Positions 8,313 to 16,701 of a DNA stretch of 32,000 bases are shown here, in pieces (position 1 is the first letter of the stretch; every line of letters starts with the position of its first letter). Origin of the DNA: Planctomycetales bacterium (GTDB lineage Bacteria > 4484-113 > JAFGCY01); NCBI GenBank assembly GCA_022646745.1, contig CP060262.1, positions 1,410,001 through 1,442,000 of the forward strand, in the 5' to 3' direction. A program made the position numbers and the translations under genes. Under the pieces are notes generated by a model. The model searched no databases and had not been told where the DNA came from. It saw only the letters and a program-made list of their open reading frames with translations.

Positions 8313-9296
8313 ATGTGTTATCTTCCTCGCGTGAACAGATTCATTCCCCTGCTGCTGGCCTCTCTGGTCCTGCTGGCCGCCCGTCCGGCGCTGGCCCAGG
8401 ATCGCGCACTCGTAATCCGCGAGCTGTCCGTGTTTGACCTGGCGCTAGGTGCCGACTCCGCCGCCCGCAGCTTCGACTACGAGGAAGCCAATGAACTGGG
8501 CCTGTACGCCCTGCTCGACATCCGCGGCCTCGACGGGCGGCGCAATGAGAAGGTCGACATGTTCATGGTGGTCTATCGCGCGGAGGATGAGGAGCGCAAG
8601 CATCCGCTGCTCAAGCAGAAGCGCACGGAAAGCCTTGGCAACGGCGAATTCGTGGTCGAGTTCCGCGAGTTCATGGATGCTGATTCCTGGTTTGACGATT
8701 GCGACTTCACCGCCGTGCTGGAAGCTTCGCTCAAGGGTGCGAAGACCGTCAGCCTGGAGCAGGACTTCACGATCGAGGGGCCCCGCATGCCCTCCGTCGG
8801 CTTTGACGACTTCCAGGTCTACAGCTGGGAGGAGGGACCGGGCTATGACAGGCTGGAGGCCGGCGATGAATTCGTGATCGACCTGGTTGTCACGGTGGAT
8901 GGCAACGAGACCGGGCTGGAACCGCGCCTGCGCCTGCTGGCGGTGATGGAGGACGACCTGTGGTTCATGGATCCGGAGGATGAATACCTGCCCAGCGGGC
9001 CGAACTGGAACGAGGCCTGGCTGCGCGGCGGTGGCAGTGAGTGGCGGGTGTATGCCCGCGGCCGCCTGCCGATCTACTATGAGCACCCCTTTGACTATTA
9101 CCACGACTGGCGCATCTACGCCTTCGTCAGCTTCGGCGAGAACCCGCAGCGGGAGTCGGACTACATCATGCTGACGCTTACCGACCCGGATGCCGGCGAG
9201 CTGCGGGAAACTGACAACGTGGTGGAACGCCTGCCGCAGCTGGTCAGCGGGGCGCACTGGACGATCCGCCAGACCAAGGGGCCAATGGAGGACTGA
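8313..9296 (+). CDS. secreted protein, function unknown
   Basis: ATG 8313 with GGAG upstream. Signal peptide (MCYLPRVNRFIPLLLASLVLLAARPALAQ). No recognisable catalytic motif. Confidence 0.7.
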   Translation: MCYLPRVNRFIPLLLASLVLLAARPALAQDRALVIRELSVFDLALGADSAARSFDYEEANELGLYALLDIRGLDGRRNEKVDMFMVVYRAEDEERKHPLLKQKRTESLGNGEFVVEFREFMDADSWFDDCDFTAVLEASLKGAKTVSLEQDFTIEGPRMPSVGFDDFQVYSWEEGPGYDRLEAGDEFVIDLVVTVDGNETGLEPRLRLLAVMEDDLWFMDPEDEYLPSGPNWNEAWLRGGGSEWRVYARGRLPIYYEHPFDYYHDWRIYAFVSFGENPQRESDYIMLTLTDPDAGELRETDNVVERLPQLVSGAHWTIRQTKGPMED

Positions 9297-9301
9297 CGGT
9301 T

Positions 9302-9946
9302 CTAGAAGAACCAGTCGTCGAAGATCACTGAGCCGGGCTCTGCGCCATACACAATGATGTGCGTCGCAGACTGCGCCTTATGTCCGGCAGCGCCTTCACG
9401 CAACAGCTCAAGGAGTTTTGCCTGAGCTTCCTCTGCATTGTCAAAGTGCTCGACGAACAGCGCGCCGGCCTGCCATTCCCTGGACTGGAAGTCCGTATAC
9501 AGCCCGTCTGTGACCGGGTCATACAGGTTGTTGTACAGGTTCAGGTTGCTGGCAGCAGAGTTGCCATCCGCATTGTCACTGACCAGGAATTCCGCCAGCA
9601 CCGCCTGTGAGTCTGCGGGCAGCGTACCGGTGCTGCGGTAGTATCTGCCGAGTAGTCCGGTTAATGTTCGCAGGCTGTGTTCAAAGCCGTTCTCGTCCAT
9701 CCAGGCGCCGAGCCTGATCTGCTCGGCCTCACTCAGCTCATGCCCCGGGCTAAGTTCGGCGGCGTCCTGCATGTTCCAGCCGATCCACTGGTACGGTCCA
9801 GGCCCGGCAAGTGATGGGTCACTGGCAATCGTCATGATGCGGCAGTCCTCATTGATGCCGTAGGCAGGCTCCCCGGCCTGCGGGGCTGTGATTGCCAGAG
9901 TCGCAATCAGCAGAGCAGCGGCGGCGGTTCTCAGCAGGTCTTTCAT
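9302..9946 (-). CDS. secreted protein, function unknown
   Basis: Signal peptide MKDLLRTAAAALLIATLAITAPQAG. GGGAGGG 4 nt upstream of the ATG. Convergent with the previous gene, 5 bp apart. Confidence 0.7.
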   Translation of the reverse strand: MKDLLRTAAAALLIATLAITAPQAGEPAYGINEDCRIMTIASDPSLAGPGPYQWIGWNMQDAAELSPGHELSEAEQIRLGAWMDENGFEHSLRTLTGLLGRYYRSTGTLPADSQAVLAEFLVSDNADGNSAASNLNLYNNLYDPVTDGLYTDFQSREWQAGALFVEHFDNAEEAQAKLLELLREGAAGHKAQSATHIIVYGAEPGSVIFDDWFF

Positions 9947-10053
9947 TTGTCCCTCCCCGGATGGTTGTTAGCAGTATAACAAGAAAGGGGGGGGTCAAGT
10001 CAGCTGCAAGGCTTCAGGACCTTGCTTGTCGGGGGTAGCGGCGCAGTCTCACT

Positions 10054-10108
10054 GCGCCTGAGAGTGCAAGCCGCGAAGTAATGAGCAATGAAGAGTGAGC
10101 AATGAGCC
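10054..10108. repeat. dispersed repeat family A, copy 1 (GAGCAATGA stutter)
   Basis: gcgcctgagagtgcaagccgcgaagtaatgagcaatgaagagtgagcaatgagcc, versus 23374..23429 gcgcctgggagtgcatgcaggtaagcaatgagcaatgaagaatgagcaatgaagcc. Confidence 0.8.
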
Positions 10109-10126
10109 TGACTGGCATTGAATTCT

Positions 10127-10154
10127 TCTGTGGAACTTTGTGGATCTCTGTGTC
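10127..10154. repeat. dispersed repeat family B, copy 1 (TCTGTGGA / CTCTGTG stutter)
   Basis: tctgtggaactttgtggatctctgtgtc. Related copies at 10761..10786 and 23912..23949. Confidence 0.8.
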
Positions 10155-10271
10155 AAACAAAGCCCAATCATCCATGATCCCATTAAAGTACCTGCGCACG
10201 CTTCGTGCGCATGGGAGTGCACGCCACGAAATAATGACAATTCAGTCATGAGCCAATCAATCATTTTCCGG

Positions 10272-10305
10272 CTCTGCGCCTCTTAATTCTCTGCGTCTCT
10301 GCGCC
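10272..10305. repeat. local stutter repeat (CTCTGCGCC words)
   Basis: ctctgcgcctcttaattctctgcgtctctgcgcc. Confidence 0.6.
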
Positions 10306-10505
10306 AGTAAAACCAGACTGGCGAGCACGCAGCTTCCCGCGCCACTGCGCGCCTCCGGAGTGTTGGCTGCATATCCCCCTGGTTCGTACCTTCACGCTTC
10401 ATCACGCCATGGCGAGATTCGACTGACGAGGAGGCACTGCCTGGCAGTCGGGCCTGGCAAGCTGCTGATTGGGCTTCGTGCCTTTGTGACCAGGCCAGCG
10501 CTGGA

Positions 10506-10535
10506 TTAACCACGAAGTCACGAAGACACGAAGAA
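10506..10535. repeat. local stutter repeat (CACGAAG x3)
   Basis: ttaaccacgaagtcacgaagacacgaagaa. Confidence 0.6.
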
Positions 10536-10613
10536 ATCATGGACATCGACGGATCATCCCCCGCCACGACTGGGAGTGGATGCCGCGAAGTGCTATTGGC
10601 AATGCGAAATGAC

Positions 10614-10665
10614 GTAGGGCGGCGGTAATACCGCCGCCGCGGATGGGGTTTTACCCCATCCCTAC
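10614..10665. repeat. two adjacent 9 bp GC-rich hairpins enclosed by gtaggg...ccctac (REP-like)
   Basis: Hairpin 1 at 10618-10638: ggcggcggt-aat-accgccgcc. Hairpin 2 at 10641-10661: ggatggggt-ttt-accccatcc. Outer gtaggg (10614-19) is complementary to ccctac (10660-65). Confidence 0.6.
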
Positions 10666-10760
10666 TTCACCTGTCCTGCGCTGCATATTGCCTCATTGCC
10701 AGATCTCGCGTGCAGGCGTTGCGGGGCAGCGCCGGTACTGTTTCTCATTCTGATTCTCTT

Positions 10761-10786
10761 TCTGTGGAACTCTGTGTTGAGAAAAC
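10761..10786. repeat. dispersed repeat family B, copy 2
   Basis: tctgtggaactctgtgttgagaaaac. Shares ctctgtgttg-gagaaaac with copy 3. Confidence 0.75.
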
Positions 10787-10891
10787 TGCTTCAAGCCAGC
10801 TCATTGCCATCCGAGTAAAGCGAGCTGCTCTGTCACTCTGATCGGGTCTGCTTTCCGCTCTCGGCTCCCTGCATGCTGCCGCAGGCAGCTC

Positions 10892-11344
10892 CTATTCCCC
10901 GTCGCCGTCCGTCTCCACACGCTGGCGGCGCAGCAGTTCCTGGATGCCGGCGGCGTCGATCTCCGCCGGGCGGGAGGCGGCGATGTTCTCTCCCTGGATC
11001 AGCTCGTAGATCTCATGGCGGTGGATCTGCACATGCCGCGGGGCCTTCACCCCGACGCGCACGCTCTCGCCCTTCACGCTGACCACCAGCACCTCGATCT
11101 GGTCCAGCCCGTCCAGCTCGATCACCACGGAGTCGTCCACCTTGCGTGTCAGGCGGATCGGGGACATCGCCCCGTCGTCGCCGCCGGGCATGGCATCAAT
11201 CTGCACATTGCCGGGCATCAGGGAGACGGGCCGGTCCACGGAGAAGGAGAATCTCACCACGCCGCGCTCAACGGAAAGCACCTCGACCTCGTAAGTGGGG
11301 CCGAGCATGATCTTCTCTCCCGGTTTGCGCGTCAGGACCAGCAC
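10892..11344 (-). CDS. csrA: tandem (fused two-domain) CsrA-family RNA-binding protein
   Basis: GTG start. Residues 1-50, MLVLTRKPGEKIMLGPTYEVEVLSVERGVVRFSFSVDRPVSLMPGNVQ, align with CsrA but lack the GVxAPxxVxVHRxEIY motif. Residues ~63-120, IRLTRKVDDSVVIELDGLDQIEVLVVSVKGESVRVGVKAPRHVQIHRHEIYELIQ, form a canonical CsrA domain. Total length is 150 aa versus ~60-75 aa for normal CsrA. Confidence 0.85.
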   Translation of the reverse strand: MLVLTRKPGEKIMLGPTYEVEVLSVERGVVRFSFSVDRPVSLMPGNVQIDAMPGGDDGAMSPIRLTRKVDDSVVIELDGLDQIEVLVVSVKGESVRVGVKAPRHVQIHRHEIYELIQGENIAASRPAEIDAAGIQELLRRQRVETDGDGE

Positions 11345-11399
11345 TACCCTGTCATTCTATCCCAAAATTAAATAATTAGGTATTTGGCCCGGGCCCGGC

Positions 11400-13562
11400 C
11401 TATTTCAGTTCGGAGAACTTGAGCCTGTCCTGCGAGTAGTCAAACTCGCTGCGCTCCGGCAGTTCGCCGTTCCCCCCCTCATCTGTATGCTGCGGGTACC
11501 AGTGGCTGACCATGTAGGCCGTGTTCTGCATGTACTTGTACAGGTTGCGCACGCTGCGCAGCACCTGCAGCCTGGTTGAGAAGTCAATGTTGCGGAACTC
11601 AATCGGCGTCTGCAACGGGTTGACACCATCCCCCGCGCCATCCTGGCCGGCCAGCGCCGGGTTCGTATCTGTCAGCTGCTTGCGGTCCAGCCTGATCCTC
11701 GCCTTGTCCGCGGCATCATCCGCCGGCTTGTTCTCGTCCCAGTAGCGGGTCGGGCCCTGGCTGTACTGCCCGCTGCGCAGCAGGTTGAGCGGGTCATGCA
11801 CGCTCTTGACCTTCTCCACCCAGTCCTCGGCATTGCGCTCGTCACGCGGCTTGCGCTTGTCGCCATCCCGCAAAAGCTCCGGCCGGCGCGGGTCGATTTC
11901 GTCCAGCGAACTGACAGGTTCGGCATCGCCGGCGGCCAGGTCCAGCCCGTCCGCCATGCTGCCATCCGCCAGGTAGGTGTAGCGGCTCTCGAAGTCCCAT
12001 GCCGCCTCGCTTCCGGTGAAGTTGAGGTCGGTGCCGGGGTTGCGCAGGTAGACCTTTCGCTGGGAGTAGTCGAAGGTGATCCCGCCGAAGTGCTGGGAGA
12101 TCATCGGGAAGCCGATCGCTCCGATCACTGGCCGGCCGCGGTAGTCATAGCTGCGCTCGTATCCTGCATCCACCACGCGGGCCGGGTAGTCCTGCCCGGC
12201 GAAGTTGATGTCCAGTTCCTCGAGGATGTAGCGCGGGGCGAAGCCGCCGGTCACGTCGCCGAGGAAGCCGTTCATCTTCAGGCTGTCGGCCAACTGGCGC
12301 TGCTCGACCCAGTCGAGGTTCATCGACAGCGGGGCACGCTGCCCGGTATCCAGCAGCAAGAGCGACGGGCCACTGTTGTTGACGTCCGCCTCAACGTGCG
12401 GCAGGTCGCGGATGAAGGTCAGCGCCAGTTCCTGGCCGCTGGGCCGTGCGCCTTCACCTGGCGGGTTGAGCGTCATCAGGCCCTGCTTCAGGTCGAGGTC
12501 CAGGCGGCAGAGCTGAAGCATCTCATTGCCGACGATGCCGTGGATGCGCATGTCCGCACCGTAGCCGAGGCTCGTGAGCTGCGAGCCGATCACCGGCATG
12601 TTGCGGAAGCTGACCCCGCCGACATCGAAGCCGAAGCCGTTGTACAGCTGCATCGAGTCCTGCTCGAGTGCACCGCCCACCTTAACGCTGCCCTGCGGGT
12701 GCAGGCCGGCATCAAGCTGCAGCACCAGCTCGTCCACGATCATCTGCTCAGCGCCACTGTCGAACACCAGGTTCAGCGGGCGGCCGTTGGGCAGCCGGGC
12801 CTGGAACACCAGCCAGTCCTTCACGGGCTTGATCGGCACCTGCTGGCTGCCGTCATTGAACTGCACGTACTGCGCCGGGTCGAACTGCGGCAGGCTGGGC
12901 AGGCTGGCCAGCTGCTGCGGGCTGTAGCTGATTTCATCGATGAAGTACTGGTAGAGTTCGCCGGCGGCATCGAGCACGCCGAAGTCGCCCGCCAGGGTAT
13001 GTCCGTCCTGCTCGCGGGTCTTGCCGAACACCACAAGCGGGGAGCCGCGGAACAGCGCGATCAGCTCGAAGCTGCCCTCGCCCTTCTCCATGCTGTCGAT
13101 CTGCAATGTATCACCGAGGTACTTCTGCCCAGACTCGAGGCTGTCCAGCTGGCCGATCACACGGCTGACGATGAAGTGGCGCAGCAGCGGGCTGTCGAAA
13201 CGTGGGAAGGCATCCGCCAGGCGCTGTGCCGTGCGCTTACCGTCTGACCAGATCGAGGGCATAGCGCTTTCTGTGCTGACCATCTGGGCCGGCATGCTGT
13301 GCCAGTTGAAGCTGTAGCTCTGGCCGACCAGCTCCTCATAGGCATTGCTGCCGAGGTCCACGCGACCGTCTACGTAGGAGATGTTCTGGCGTTCATCGTG
13401 CACCACGCGGGCACGGTAGGTGACGGAGCCGCTGTCCGCCCAGCTGCGGCCGGCAAAGATCAGTACACAGCCCAGCAGTATGGCAGCAGTGATTCGCACC
13501 AGCTTATTATAGGGGAACAGCCCGCCGCCGGGGCGGCTGGATCGGGATTTTGCACGCTTCAC
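11400..13562 (-). CDS. large secreted/membrane-anchored protein with two retropepsin-like aspartyl protease domains
   Basis: GTG start and an N-terminal hydrophobic anchor (ITAAILLGCVLIFAG). Two clan-AA-like lobes: LNLVFDSGAEQMIVD...IHGIVGNEML and LLLLDTGQRAPLSMN...VIGAIGFPMI. Basic/acidic C-terminal tail. Confidence 0.75.
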   Translation of the reverse strand: MKRAKSRSSRPGGGLFPYNKLVRITAAILLGCVLIFAGRSWADSGSVTYRARVVHDERQNISYVDGRVDLGSNAYEELVGQSYSFNWHSMPAQMVSTESAMPSIWSDGKRTAQRLADAFPRFDSPLLRHFIVSRVIGQLDSLESGQKYLGDTLQIDSMEKGEGSFELIALFRGSPLVVFGKTREQDGHTLAGDFGVLDAAGELYQYFIDEISYSPQQLASLPSLPQFDPAQYVQFNDGSQQVPIKPVKDWLVFQARLPNGRPLNLVFDSGAEQMIVDELVLQLDAGLHPQGSVKVGGALEQDSMQLYNGFGFDVGGVSFRNMPVIGSQLTSLGYGADMRIHGIVGNEMLQLCRLDLDLKQGLMTLNPPGEGARPSGQELALTFIRDLPHVEADVNNSGPSLLLLDTGQRAPLSMNLDWVEQRQLADSLKMNGFLGDVTGGFAPRYILEELDINFAGQDYPARVVDAGYERSYDYRGRPVIGAIGFPMISQHFGGITFDYSQRKVYLRNPGTDLNFTGSEAAWDFESRYTYLADGSMADGLDLAAGDAEPVSSLDEIDPRRPELLRDGDKRKPRDERNAEDWVEKVKSVHDPLNLLRSGQYSQGPTRYWDENKPADDAADKARIRLDRKQLTDTNPALAGQDGAGDGVNPLQTPIEFRNIDFSTRLQVLRSVRNLYKYMQNTAYMVSHWYPQHTDEGGNGELPERSEFDYSQDRLKFSELK

Positions 13563-13642
13563 TTTAATTCTGACGCGCCAGCCGCGGATAATATCGCGTC
13601 CGGGCGGCTTTTGCCTGTTGTGTTATACTCGGACTGACGGCC

Positions 13643-14101
13643 TTGAGTCAGGAAAACTCCAGTAAGAATCTCGACGCGGCATCCGATATAGATGTCCCTC
13701 CCCGAAGTTGGTCTGAGCTGATTTCGCTCGCAGAGGCGATGGCGCGCGGGCTGTTCCCGGCCGGGCAGGTGGCCCTGCGCGTGATGGATGACGATTCCAT
13801 CCGCCGCCTGAACCGTGAGTTCCGCAATGTGGACAGCGCCACGGATGTTCTTTCCTTCCCGGCCGACCCCTCCGACTACCCGCACCGCGGGGACCTGGCG
13901 CTCAGCTGGGATGCGGTGCTCAGGCAGGCCCGTGCCAACGGGAACACTGATGTGCAGGAGGCCTGTGCGCTGCTGGCGCACGGCATGCTGCACCTGGCGG
14001 GGCATGACCATCCGGACGATGCCGCCCAGGCGGAAATGGACAGGCTGACGCGCCTGATGTGCGCTGATGCCGGAATCAAGGTGGAAAACTTTGGACACTG
14101 A
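13643..14101 (+). CDS. ybeY: rRNA maturation endoribonuclease YbeY
   Basis: HGMLHLAGHDH zinc-binding motif, DVLSFP motif, 152 aa. Apparent TTG start. Confidence 0.9.
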   Translation: MSQENSSKNLDAASDIDVPPRSWSELISLAEAMARGLFPAGQVALRVMDDDSIRRLNREFRNVDSATDVLSFPADPSDYPHRGDLALSWDAVLRQARANGNTDVQEACALLAHGMLHLAGHDHPDDAAQAEMDRLTRLMCADAGIKVENFGH

Positions 14102-14117
14102 CGTACCCTTACAAGCC

Positions 14118-15356
14118 ATGCTGCTCCTCGACCAGATCTCCTTCACCGGGGGCGTGATGGTCGTGTTCGGCCTGCTGGCCTGCGCCGGCAGCGCACTCGC
14201 GGCAAACTCGGCGGTGGCCGGCCGGATGGCGCGCGTGCTGCGCCATGAAGAGATCCGCCGCACATTGGCCGGCGGCATCGTGCAGCTGCTGCTCGGCTTC
14301 ATCATCCTGTTCATCGGGCTGGGCAGCGTTGTCAACGCCGCCGCCACTGAGCTGAAGGACGCACTGGACCCGCAGTTCCTCGCGGCCAGTTCGCTGGAGG
14401 CCTGGGTGCTGGGCAGCCGCATCGCGCTGTCCCTGCTGCCGGCCGTGCTGCTGCCTGCGATCGGCGTGGTGGCCGGTGCCGTCAGCGCGCGCGGTGAGCG
14501 CATGACCTGGGGTATCCGCACCGGGCAGATCCTCGCCGAGGCATTCGCGAAATGGCTGCCGGCCGGCAATGCCAACGGTGAGGAGGATGAACCGGAGCCG
14601 GAGTTCCGCATCGACCTCGCCAGCGGCGAGGATGTCGAGCAGGAGGAGCGCGAGCTGATCGAGAACATCCTCGAATTCGGCGAGACCACCGCCTCCGAGG
14701 TGATGACCCCGCGCACGGACTTCGTGGCGATTGACAACGGCTGGGAGGGCCCGCGCATCATCGAGACCATCTCCGCCTCGCGCCACAGCCGCTTCCCGGT
14801 CTATGAGGACAGCATTGACAACGTGATCGGGATCCTGCACATCCGCGACCTGATGGAGTACCTCGCGCGCGGCGGTGCCAGTGAGCGGCTTGACCTGCGC
14901 GAGCTGGTGCGAGAGCCGGTGTTCTACCCGGCATCGAAGAAGATTGACGACGTGATGCGCGACCTGCAGCTGCGCAAGAGCCACATGGCGATAGTGCTCG
15001 ACGAGTACGGCGGCACCGCCGGGATGGTCACCATCGAGGACCTGCTGGAGGAGATCGTCGGCGAGATCCAGGACGAGTATGACGACGAGAGCCGCCAGAT
15101 CCACCGCATGGAGGACGGCAGCTGGATCGTCGACGCGCAGTGCCTGCTGAGCGACTTCAACGAGGAGCTCGGGGTCAGCCTCGAGGCCGAGGACGTGGAC
15201 ACACTCGGCGGCTACATTGCCAACTCGCTCGGGCGCATCCCGGAGGAAAGCGACACGGTGGACACCGGGGGCATGACACTCAAGGTGCTCAGCGTGGACC
15301 GCAACCGCATCCGCCGCGTGCGCGTCCAGCCGCATGGCGGCGCCAGCGTGGCCTGA
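14118..15356 (+). CDS. CNNM/DUF21 + CBS pair + CorC_HlyC domain protein (hemolysin/CorC family)
   Basis: TM-rich N-terminus, then [23 protein letters not shown] and [31 protein letters not shown] hallmark motifs. Follows ybeY as in the conserved ybeY-ybeX arrangement. Trimmed to ATG 14118. Confidence 0.9.
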   Translation: MLLLDQISFTGGVMVVFGLLACAGSALAANSAVAGRMARVLRHEEIRRTLAGGIVQLLLGFIILFIGLGSVVNAAATELKDALDPQFLAASSLEAWVLGSRIALSLLPAVLLPAIGVVAGAVSARGERMTWGIRTGQILAEAFAKWLPAGNANGEEDEPEPEFRIDLASGEDVEQEERELIENILEFGETTASEVMTPRTDFVAIDNGWEGPRIIETISASRHSRFPVYEDSIDNVIGILHIRDLMEYLARGGASERLDLRELVREPVFYPASKKIDDVMRDLQLRKSHMAIVLDEYGGTAGMVTIEDLLEEIVGEIQDEYDDESRQIHRMEDGSWIVDAQCLLSDFNEELGVSLEAEDVDTLGGYIANSLGRIPEESDTVDTGGMTLKVLSVDRNRIRRVRVQPHGGASVA

Positions 15357-15366
15357 GCCCGTCCCC

Positions 15367-15372
15367 TATAAT
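15367..15372 (+). promoter_or_regulatory. candidate -10 box (TATAAT) upstream of the SDR gene
   Basis: Perfect TATAAT 39 nt before ATG 15411. GGAG SD at 15399-15402. Confidence 0.3.
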
Positions 15373-15410
15373 CCCCCTTGTCAGCCGGGACCACCGGTCG
15401 GAGTGAATGC

Positions 15411-16148
15411 ATGTCCAGCGTTGCAGGGAAGGTCGTTGTCATTACTGGTGCCTCAAGCGGGATCGGCGAGGCCGCTGCCGTCGAGCTCGGCGCACATGGT
15501 GCGAAGCTGATGCTCGGCGCGCGCCGCACCGACAGGCTGGAAGCCGTCTGCGACCGGGTGCGCAGCGGGCAGGGCGAGTGCGCCTGGCGCGAGTGCGACG
15601 TGACTGATCGCTCCCAGGTGGAAGCGCTGGTGCAGGCCGCCATCAACGAGTACGGCCGGGTGGACGTGATCATCAACAACGCCGGCCTGATGCCGGTCAG
15701 CCCGCTGCGCAACATGCACGTTGACGAGTGGGACCGGATGGTGGATGTCAACATCAAGGGCACGCTGTACGGCATCGCCGCCACGCTGAACCGCTTCCTC
15801 GAACAGGGCAGCGGGCACATCATCAATGTGTCGTCAATTTCCGGGCACTGGGTCTGGCCGAACTACGCCGTGTACAGCGCCACAAAGTGGGCCGTGCGCG
15901 CCATTTCGGAGGGCCTGCGCCAGGAGCTGGATGACCGCGTGCGCGTGACCGTGATCAGCCCGGGCATCGTCAAGACCGAGCTGACGCACCACATCACCGA
16001 TGATGAAGTGATCGCCGGGCTTGGCAACCGCTTTGACTACAGCCTCGAGGCCTCCGACATCGCGAATGCGATCCTGTGGGCGATGGAGCAGCCGCCGCAT
16101 GTGGACGTGAGCGAGATCCTGGTGAGAGCTACCGGGCAGGGCCGCTAA
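15411..16148 (+). CDS. short-chain dehydrogenase/reductase (SDR) family oxidoreductase
   Basis: VVVITGASSGIGEAAA (TGxxxGxG), NNAG, YSATKWAV (YxxxK). Confidence 0.9.
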   Translation: MSSVAGKVVVITGASSGIGEAAAVELGAHGAKLMLGARRTDRLEAVCDRVRSGQGECAWRECDVTDRSQVEALVQAAINEYGRVDVIINNAGLMPVSPLRNMHVDEWDRMVDVNIKGTLYGIAATLNRFLEQGSGHIINVSSISGHWVWPNYAVYSATKWAVRAISEGLRQELDDRVRVTVISPGIVKTELTHHITDDEVIAGLGNRFDYSLEASDIANAILWAMEQPPHVDVSEILVRATGQGR

Positions 16149-16202
16149 CAGGTTGCTGGTTGCTGGTTGCAGCGGGAGGCGCGCAACTGGTTTGCGCGCA
16201 AT
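16148..16202. repeat. left inverted repeat (GGTTGCT stutter) plus family E hairpin, copy 1
   Basis: acaggttgctggttgctggttgcag (16148-16172) is the reverse complement of ctgcaaccagcaacctgt at 16667-16684. ggaggcgcgcaactggtttgcgcgcaat (16175-16202) matches 21292-21319 and, inverted, 21366-21393. Confidence 0.75.
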
Positions 16203-16248
16203 AGAGAGAATTCAATCTTGTAAATGTGATTTGCCTTTGGAGTACCGG

Positions 16249-16560
16249 ATGGGAAAGGGAAAAGAATTCATTGCGCTGTATGCAATTGTCAGAATAGACT
16301 GTTTCGATAGAGAAGTGATCAGCTTTTCTGCTAATAATGACACTATGCTCGCCACCCCCACAATCGTCAAAGTTGTAGGATCAATTGACGAAGTTGAGTC
16401 TGAGATCACTAGGCTCACTGCCATCAATGGAGATAATCAGACCAAGTATTGTTGGCAATACACGAAGATGTACCTTCCACCAAACCGGCAGTGGCTTGAT
16501 GAATTCAATGCCAAGCTAAGCGAAGCCAGGGAACATTCCGAGCCGGACGTCACAGATTGA
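16249..16560 (+). CDS. hypothetical small protein (103 aa), AT-richer than surroundings
   Basis: ATG 16249 with GGAG 7 nt upstream: MGKGKEFIALYAIVRIDCFDREV...KYCWQYTKMY.... GC content drops visibly. Bounded by inverted repeats. Confidence 0.5.
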   Translation: MGKGKEFIALYAIVRIDCFDREVISFSANNDTMLATPTIVKVVGSIDEVESEITRLTAINGDNQTKYCWQYTKMYLPPNRQWLDEFNAKLSEAREHSEPDVTD

Positions 16561-16666
16561 TACAGCTGTCCGGCGAGAACCAATAGTACATCACTAGATT
16601 GTGCGGCAGTCACGCCAAAGCGTGACCGCACCCCCACCAGGCCACCGGCCTGGCCTCCACTGCACC

Positions 16667-16701
16667 CTGCAACCAGCAACCTGTAACCTGTAACCTGTAA
16701 C
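16667..16701. repeat. right inverted repeat plus (CTGTAAC)x3 tandem
   Basis: ctgcaaccagcaacctgt (inverse of the left repeat) runs into ctgtaac ctgtaac ctgtaac (16681-16701), ending 1 nt before the subtilase stop codon. Confidence 0.75.

Noticed and set aside
10014-10567. Short ORFs (61-94 aa) inside the 10 kb gap
   Set aside because: They run through the stutter repeats, have no SD and have odd composition. I treated them as non-coding.
10054-10786. CRISPR array
   Set aside because: The repeats are short stuttering words of several unrelated families. There is no constant repeat length, no regular spacer periodicity and no cas genes in the window.
9947-10891. CsrB/RsmZ-like CsrA-sponge sRNA next to the csrA-like gene
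   Set aside because: By eye I counted roughly a dozen GGA (and a similar number of TCC) in about 0.9 kb. That is about what base composition predicts, and they are not placed in repeated hairpin loops. An sRNA elsewhere cannot be excluded.
11796-13247. 483 aa plus-strand ORF
   Set aside because: It is antisense to the aspartyl-protease gene. The composition (runs of A, V, L, R, Q, H) has no motifs. Long open antisense frames are expected at this GC content.
14109-15335. 408 aa minus-strand ORF
   Set aside because: It is antisense to the CorC/CBS gene, whose product has unmistakable family motifs.
16148-16701. Autonomous mobile element (IS or transposon)
   Set aside because: Inverted repeats are present, but no transposase, integrase or recombinase ORF was recognised here or anywhere else in the window. 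At most this is a non-autonomous cassette.
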